A stretch of DNA of 64,000 nt from positions 26,299 through 90,298 of the forward strand of contig QPMI01000181.1 of NCBI GenBank assembly GCA_004431415.1, in the 5' to 3' direction. Positions within the stretch are counted from its first letter, which is position 1, and each line of letters begins with the position of its first letter. Below, in pieces: positions 60,134-64,000 of this stretch. This DNA is from Cyanophora paradoxa CCMP329 (taxonomy: Eukaryota > Plantae > Glaucophyta). The notes beneath the pieces are model-generated. The model ran no database searches. It saw only the letters and a list, made by a program, of their open reading frames with translations, and was not told where the DNA came from. A program made the position numbers and the translations under genes.

Positions 60134-61215
60134 ATGATGGCGATGGCGGTCGCAGAGGCGCGCTTCGCGGCCGAATCGGCGCTGCGGGAGCGCGAGAAGG
60201 CGGCGGGGACGCTCGCGTCGCTCCGGGCGGCCCGCGCGGCGCTCTCGTCGGACCTGGACCTCCTCGTCGCGGACGGCGCGCGCGAGAAGGAGCGCGCGGA
60301 GGCAGCCATGCGCGAGATTCGCGAGCTGCGCTCCCGCGTCAGCGCGGCGAAGAAGGAGACCGAGTCGATCGTCGCGGCCTGCAGGCACGAGGAGAAGTCC
60401 ATCGCCGAGCTCCGCGGCTCGATCCGCAGCGCCGAGGAGGCCTACGCGCACGCGTCCGCCGCGGCCGACGAGAAGCGGTCGGAACTGGCGGCCATCGAGG
60501 CCGACCTGGCGGCCGAGCAGGCGCGGCGCGGGGCGGCCGCCGAGCGGCTGCGGCGGGCGCAGGAGGCGAGGGGGCAGGCGGCGGCGGAGTACGGCGCGCT
60601 GCTGGAAGCGCAGGCCGAGCTCCGCGAGAAGACCGCCGCCCTCCTCCGCGAGATGGACGAGCTCGGTGCGCCGCCGCCGCCGCAGCAGCACGCGTACCCC
60701 CTCCCCGTCCCTCTAGACGGGCGCCCGAGCCGCCCCTCGAGCTCGCCCGAGCACCCCCTGGCGCTGCCAGGGCGGGCTGGGCCTGTTCCGCCGATTCCCC
60801 CCCCCCCCCCCCCCCCCCCCCTCCTTACCCTAGCTACCTAGCGGCCTAGCAGGCTAGTAGCAGCCTAGCTGCCCGACCGGACTTGCCCGCTGAGGCCGCG
60901 GGGCGGGACGGGGCGCAGGGAAGCGGGTGCGGGAGGCGGGGAAGGAGGCGGCGGCCCTCGACTCGCTCGCCACCGACGAGGAGCGCCGCTACGCCTCCCT
61001 CGCCCAGGTCCGAATCTCTCCCGTCCCGGCTCGAATCCCGCGGGGGGCCCTTCTTCTTCTTCGTTCTCGCTCACGCCGGCGGCGGGGCAGACGCAGCTGA
61101 CGGTGGCGGCGGACCTGGAGCGGGAGCGGGAGCGCGCCGCCCGGCGCGCCGCCGAGGCCGCCGCCCGCGTCTCCGCCGACGCCGGTGCGCCCCCCTGAGA
61201 AAGGAGGATGGATAG
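60134..61215 (+). CDS. Hypothetical coiled-coil protein
   Basis: Long E/A/R-rich heptad ORF 60134-60841 with coding-like GC3 bias. Downstream exon structure uncertain. Confidence 0.55.
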
Positions 61216-61923
61216 AGGCTGCTAGAAGCCATCCCAACCGCTTAGCCGCGCGCCCGCCCGCCTCTGACCGGCGCGGGCAGCGTCGGCGCGGTCGCCCTCC
61301 CTCTCGGGCCGCCCCTCGACGTACCTCGCCCGCCTCACCGCCGCCGCCGGCGACGGCTGCAGCGCCAAGGGCGCCGCCTCCCCGCCCCGCTCCCCCTCCG
61401 GCTCCTCCTCCCCGGGGGGCAGGCGGGTCTCCGGGGGGGCCGGGGCCGGGGCCGGGGCGGGGAAGCAGCTGCCCAGCCCGGGGCCGGCCACCGTCTTCGG
61501 GGGCGGCTCCACCAGCGGCACCGACTCGCCCAAGCGGTGACTCACGCGAGCCGAGAGACGCCAAGCCGCTGAGCTGCGTTACGTACACGTCTCCAGTATT
61601 CTACCTATAGATTTGTTATGTTTATAAATTAGCCGGACCTTTCCGAAGTTCCCGGCGATCAATCTTCCTATTTGCGTAGCATGTAGAAAAGCTTAGTAGA
61701 GCACTCCGTCCGTTGAGGCTTGGTATCTAGCTAGGGTTTATATCTAGGTAACCTGCTTTTCAAGTGTTTCGCGTCAATTGCCCGTACTGCATTCAACATT
61801 GCATTATCGCGTGTTGCGAATGGGGAGGAAAGAGGAAGAAGGAGTGGGGTGTGTGTGTGCGTGTTGGGGGAGGGGGGGTACGGGGAACGGGGAGGGGGCT
61901 GGGGGTGGGGGTAGCTGATCTCA

Positions 61924-63943
61924 TTATCTACATGAAACTCTGGCTCCTGCAGCTGCGGAATCCAACGTGCAGAGTTTCGCGAGCTTAGTTAGGATCGACG
62001 ATGGCGAATGAAGACACGGGCTGCGGGGAGGGCGCGGGCCAGAGCCGCCTGCGCGGCGTCGGCGTTGACGACGCGCCGCAGCAGCCTCACGTTGACCTGA
62101 GGCGCTCAAGACCAAAAAATTGGACCGCGTCTCGCGATCAGGGTGGGCGGAGACCTCGAAGTCGCCGGCGGAGCAGCCGGCGAAGGCGGAGAGGTCGTCG
62201 AGCAACCCGCCCCGCAGGTCCTCATCATCGGCGAACACCTCCAGGGCGAGGCGGCGCAGCGGGTTGGCCGCCAGCGCCGCGGCGGCCGCCGCGGGCCAGC
62301 CGTTGTCGAGGAAGATGTGCAGTTCGAGGGAGAGGCGGCCCCGGGAAGCGCGGGCCAGCCTCGCGAGGGCCCCGATCTCTTCCTGTTCTTCCTGTTGGAA
62401 CGCCAAATCTGCGAGGCCCGCCCGATCGGGCCCGACCCTCAGAAAGCTTGCGATCGGGTGCGACCGGCGCGGGTCCGTGGCGCACCGGAGAGGCGCACGT
62501 CAAGGTCGGCGAGGATCGGCGAGCGCTCGAGGGCGGCGGCAAGGCCGGCGAGCTGGCGCGGGAGTCCCTCACTGCTGTACAGGAGCAGCGTCCCCAGGCT
62601 CCTTAGCGCCGGGTGCGAGCCCAGCGCAGCCAGGCCTTCCTCGCCCACTTCCTCCGACAGCTGCAGCGCGCGAGCAGTGGGCGGGAGCGCGGGAGGGCGG
62701 AGGGGGAGGGGGGGGGAGGGGAGGGGGTACAGGCGGACCAACAAGCGCCCGCGGAGGCGCTCGAGAGCAGGGAGGAGCGGGATGGCGCGCAGGGCGGCGG
62801 CCGAGAGCGTCGGATGGCAGGGTCTCGCGTTGCAGCGGAGCCTGCACAGGGGCATTTAGGACTCGATCAGACTCGATCAGACTGGAGGGGAGGGCGGAGG
62901 GGTACGCACTCTTTGAGGGAGCGCGCGGCGGGGCCGGAGGCGAGGGCCTCGAGCAACGGCGCGGCGTCCTGTTCCGGGCGAGGGGGGCGTTCGCCGCTCG
63001 CGAGGTGGACTTCCAGGGATTCGAGGGCGAAAAGACCGGCCAGGCCCACAGCTGCGGCGTCCTTGAAGTCTTCCAGGGCGATCTCCAGCTGCGGTTCAGG
63101 GGTGAGCTCGTGGCATTGCGGTGGCGCGAACGGGGGAGAGAGGGAGGAGGGGAGGGGGGGGGAAGGGGGGGCGGGCGGGCGGACCCGCTTGAGGCGCGGG
63201 GGGAGCTGATCAACGGCTGCGACGGCGTCGAGCTGGTTGACCGGGCAGTAATTCGGGAGGGAGAGTATCTCGAGGTTCGGAAAGGAGAGAGGCTCTCGGG
63301 GCCCTCCTCCGAGGAGGGACTCAAGGGAGAGGGGGGGAGAATGGGGAAGAAGGCCGTCGTCGCGCAGCTCGATGCTGCGGAGTGCGGGGCAGGCGGCGGC
63401 GCCCGGCGGGACGAGGGCGCGCAGGAATTCGGAGAGACAGCTGGAGCTGTAAGGGAGCGAGCACTCCACTTCGACGCCGCCGAGGCCGCCGCTCGCTGCA
63501 GAGCACGCGGCGACGAGCGAGAGGGTGGCCTCCCATGGGCGCCCCCCTGCACGCTGCATGCGCAGCGACGCTCCGGTGGCGACGCGGATCCACCTCCGGC
63601 CCCAGCCGGCGCCGCATTCCATTGGCATGCTGATTCCAGAGCTTGCGTCGGCCAGCTGGCCAGCGAGCTGCCGGATGTCCCACGAGAACTTTGAATCGAC
63701 GTCCAGCCTGCGCCAGAGCACGGCCTCAGCCGCCTCGCGCCAGCGGCGGCACACGGCGCGCGCTGCCGCTGCCGCTTGAAAGCCCAGGCGCTCGAGAATG
63801 TCCGCGACGACATCGAGAGGCAGCTGCTGGATCAGCGCTGGATATTCAGACGTGGACTTTGCCGCTGAATAAGCTGCAGGTGCACGTGTTGGCGCCGTAT
63901 CGATATCCCATCGGCTTGTTCTCTTGCGCTTTTCACGAGCCAT
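61924..63943 (-). CDS. F-box protein with a degenerate LRR-like C-terminal region
   Basis: LIQQLPLDVVADILERLG...ARAVCRRWREAA F-box; CPALRSIEL, FPNLEILSL and HPALRSL repeats. Frame breaks near 62860 and 62430 are probable introns. Confidence 0.78.
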
Positions 63944-64000
63944 GGATAATCGAGGCGCACGCTTATTGTATCACGAAACGTTTGTGCGTGCTCTCCGCCT

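Noticed and set aside
9544-64000. Hundreds of Arg/Gly/Pro/Ala-rich ORFs in the track (e.g. 20714-21769 +, 62120-63694 +, 57055-57637)
   Set aside because: These arise from stop-codon scarcity in very GC-rich DNA; they are antisense or off-frame to recognisable spliced genes, or span low-complexity repeats.

Overview
The window has two compartments. (1) Positions 1-~8713 are AT-rich, intron-less and densely coding, and look like the right end of an endogenous dsDNA virus (Polinton-like virus/virophage type; no capsid, polymerase or integrase gene is in view, so the class is inferred). This part encodes a very long modular fibre/adhesin protein (broken into 4 ORFs by single-base deficits), two tandem 281-aa paralogs, a stand-alone zinc-ribbon protein, a 49-aa mini-ORF and a prokaryotic-type S-adenosylmethionine decarboxylase homolog. 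These are followed by a 1.45-kb structured non-coding end: iteron cruciforms, a 13-copy repeat array, an AT-rich stretch, and a 28-bp terminal stem whose loop holds three tandem GC-GNA-GC mini-hairpins. The stem ends where an apparent spliced host reading frame begins. (2) Positions ~8714-64000 are very GC-rich eukaryotic DNA with many short introns (alga/protist; the style recalls the glaucophyte Cyanophora but the host cannot be established here). It carries a DHX57-like helicase, a beta-helix protein, NSUN6, PTGES2, an ankyrin/ZZ-finger TRP-like channel, a catalytically dead subtilase, a TmcB/C-like membrane protein, a GT-A-like protein, a coiled-coil protein and an F-box protein. Most GC-rich ORFs in the supplied track are shadows or exon fragments. 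Exon boundaries and family calls were read by eye without tools.
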